NCBI GenBank assembly: GCA_964421045.1
Contig: CAYQVF010000010.1
Location: 118-64,117 of the forward strand
Origin: an uncultured Chromatiaceae bacterium
GTDB lineage: Bacteria; Pseudomonadota; Gammaproteobacteria; JAADHS01
Length of the DNA stretch: 64,000 nucleotides
Direction of reading: 5' to 3'
The translations under genes and the position numbers were made by a program. The notes under the pieces were generated by a model. The model was given only the letters and a program-made list of their open reading frames with translations. It made no database searches and had not been told where the DNA came from. Positions 62,863-64,000 of this stretch are shown here, one piece after another. How positions within the stretch are numbered: position 1 is the first letter of the stretch; the number at the start of each line of letters is the position of its first letter.

Positions 62863-63051
62863 TTTGATGTGTTCATGTTTAAAATTATTGCACATTTTTG
62901 ACTGTTCGCCCACTAGCGCTTCGCGCTTCTTTTGGTGCTACAATGGCGGCTGGAAATCCGTAGTAGAAAGTTAGAGTTTCAATGGAGGCTCTAGTTCCTT
63001 GTATCGGCATGCTGTTAAAATCTCTGAAGACTAAGAGGCTGTTAGATTAAG

Positions 63052-63873
63052 TTGGAAAAAGTTTTACTTAAGCTATTGGATATCGTCGCATGCTTACGAG
63101 ATCCAGACCACGGTTGTTCCTGGGATTTGCAGCAAACACTATCAAGTATTGTACCTCATACTTTAGAAGAAATTTATGAACTTGCAGAAGCGATTGAAAA
63201 TGAGGATTATGATGCGGTAAAGGATGAATTGGGCGATGTGCTGTTTCAAGTCTTGATTTTATCAAAAATTGCTGAAGATGAAGAGCAGTTTGCATTCGCT
63301 GATGTGATAGAAAATTTGAGTGAAAAATTAGTCCGGCGGCACCCTCATGTTTTTGCCAAGAAAAAATTTGTTGCTGTAGCAGAGCAGCAGACATCCTGGG
63401 AGCAAATCAAGCGTAAAGAACGTGCACAAAAATGTTCTGATGGAGACACTAATCAAAGTATTCTGGATGGCATTTCTATCGCTTTACCCGCCTTGGTCAG
63501 AGCGCCAAAATTACAACGACGAGCGGCATCACTGGGTTTTGATTGGGAAAACTTAGAGGCCGTTTTTTCCAAGCTGGACGAAGAAATAAGAGAGTTACAA
63601 GCTGAGTTGGGATCGCCAAATGAGGAAAGCGAGAGCAATAAACTGCGTATTGAAGCCGAAATGGGCGATGTGTTGCTGGTTTGTACGAATTTAGCTAGAC
63701 GTCTGGGGGTCAATTCTGAAACGGCTTTACGCAAGGCAAACCAAAGGTTTGAGAGTCGTTTTCGTTACATTGAGTCACAGTTGAGTCAGCAAGGTCGATA
63801 TGTGAAGGATCAGGATCTGGGTAGTTTACAGCGGCTTTGGGAACGTGCAAAGCGGCAGGAGAAGCGATTGTGA
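63052..63873 (+). CDS. mazG: nucleoside triphosphate pyrophosphohydrolase MazG
   Basis: Tandem MazG domains, with EExxE-type motifs (EEIYELAEAIE and EAEMGDVLLV). Confidence 0.9.
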   Translation: MEKVLLKLLDIVACLRDPDHGCSWDLQQTLSSIVPHTLEEIYELAEAIENEDYDAVKDELGDVLFQVLILSKIAEDEEQFAFADVIENLSEKLVRRHPHVFAKKKFVAVAEQQTSWEQIKRKERAQKCSDGDTNQSILDGISIALPALVRAPKLQRRAASLGFDWENLEAVFSKLDEEIRELQAELGSPNEESESNKLRIEAEMGDVLLVCTNLARRLGVNSETALRKANQRFESRFRYIESQLSQQGRYVKDQDLGSLQRLWERAKRQEKRL

Positions 63874-63883
63874 GAAAGTGGCG

Positions 63884-64000
63884 ATGAGTGACGTAGAGGT
63901 GGTCGCAGTCATCGATGATGATGCTGCGGTTAGAGATTCTCTGGCCTGGTTGCTGATGTCGGCAGGCTGGCAGGTTAATTTATATGCTTCTGCCGAGCAG
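63884..64000 (+). CDS. response regulator, REC domain (5' partial, runs off the window)
   Basis: MSDVEVVAVIDDDAAVRDSLAWLL is a REC N-terminus. Truncated by the window end. Confidence 0.55.
   Translation, partial: MSDVEVVAVIDDDAAVRDSLAWLLMSAGWQVNLYASAEQ

Overview
This window is a chromosomal segment from a gammaproteobacterium-like organism, built mostly of core housekeeping genes plus a few accessory-looking loci.

The longest block is a complete division/cell-wall (dcw) cluster at 36.2-55.0 kb: mraZ-rsmH-ftsL-ftsI-murE-murF-mraY-murD-ftsW-murG-murC-murB-ddl-ftsQ-ftsA-ftsZ-lpxC. It is preceded by a recognisable sigma70 promoter and a row of TGTGGG repeats that look like an MraZ operator. Downstream the order is lpxC / DUF721 (DciA-like, opposite strand) / M23 peptidase / secA / argJ, which I recall as a Pseudomonas-like arrangement rather than the enterobacterial one; this is recalled, not searched. 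After that come slt, mazG and the 5' end of a response regulator gene.

Upstream housekeeping genes are ftsH, minCDE, fabA-fabB, a DEAD-box helicase, sspA-sspB, the dolP-diaA-yraN-lpoA cluster with divergent rsmI, crp, engB, dsbA, speD, gluQ, bolA and yjgA. A type-A RNase P RNA gene (rnpB) sits at about 35.6-36.0 kb. Several spurious six-frame ORFs on its opposite strand should be ignored.

I found no tRNA, rRNA, CRISPR array, integrase or transposase. The less ordinary content is:
- A 947-aa exported protein at 2.86-5.70 kb with an unusual domain combination: signal peptide, a HExxH zinc-peptidase-like domain, a TolB-like beta-propeller, and a C-terminal Omp85-type barrel (FxLGG...RGY, terminal Phe) with no visible POTRA domains.
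- A truncated haemoglobin gene directly upstream of a ferredoxin-NAD(P)H reductase gene, with an NsrR-like inverted repeat over its promoter.
- A cytoplasmic PAS histidine kinase paired with a response regulator whose C-terminal output domain I cannot identify.
- A short extragenic repeat family (CCAGAACCGTTT(C/T)ACTG core) at three or four intergenic sites in both orientations.
- A roughly 100-bp imperfect palindrome at 25.06-25.16 kb.
- A His-rich DUF2231-like membrane protein.

Several six-frame ORF starts are clearly too far upstream (lpoA, rsmH, murF, ftsA, argJ, slt, the response regulator) and I corrected them from the sequence.
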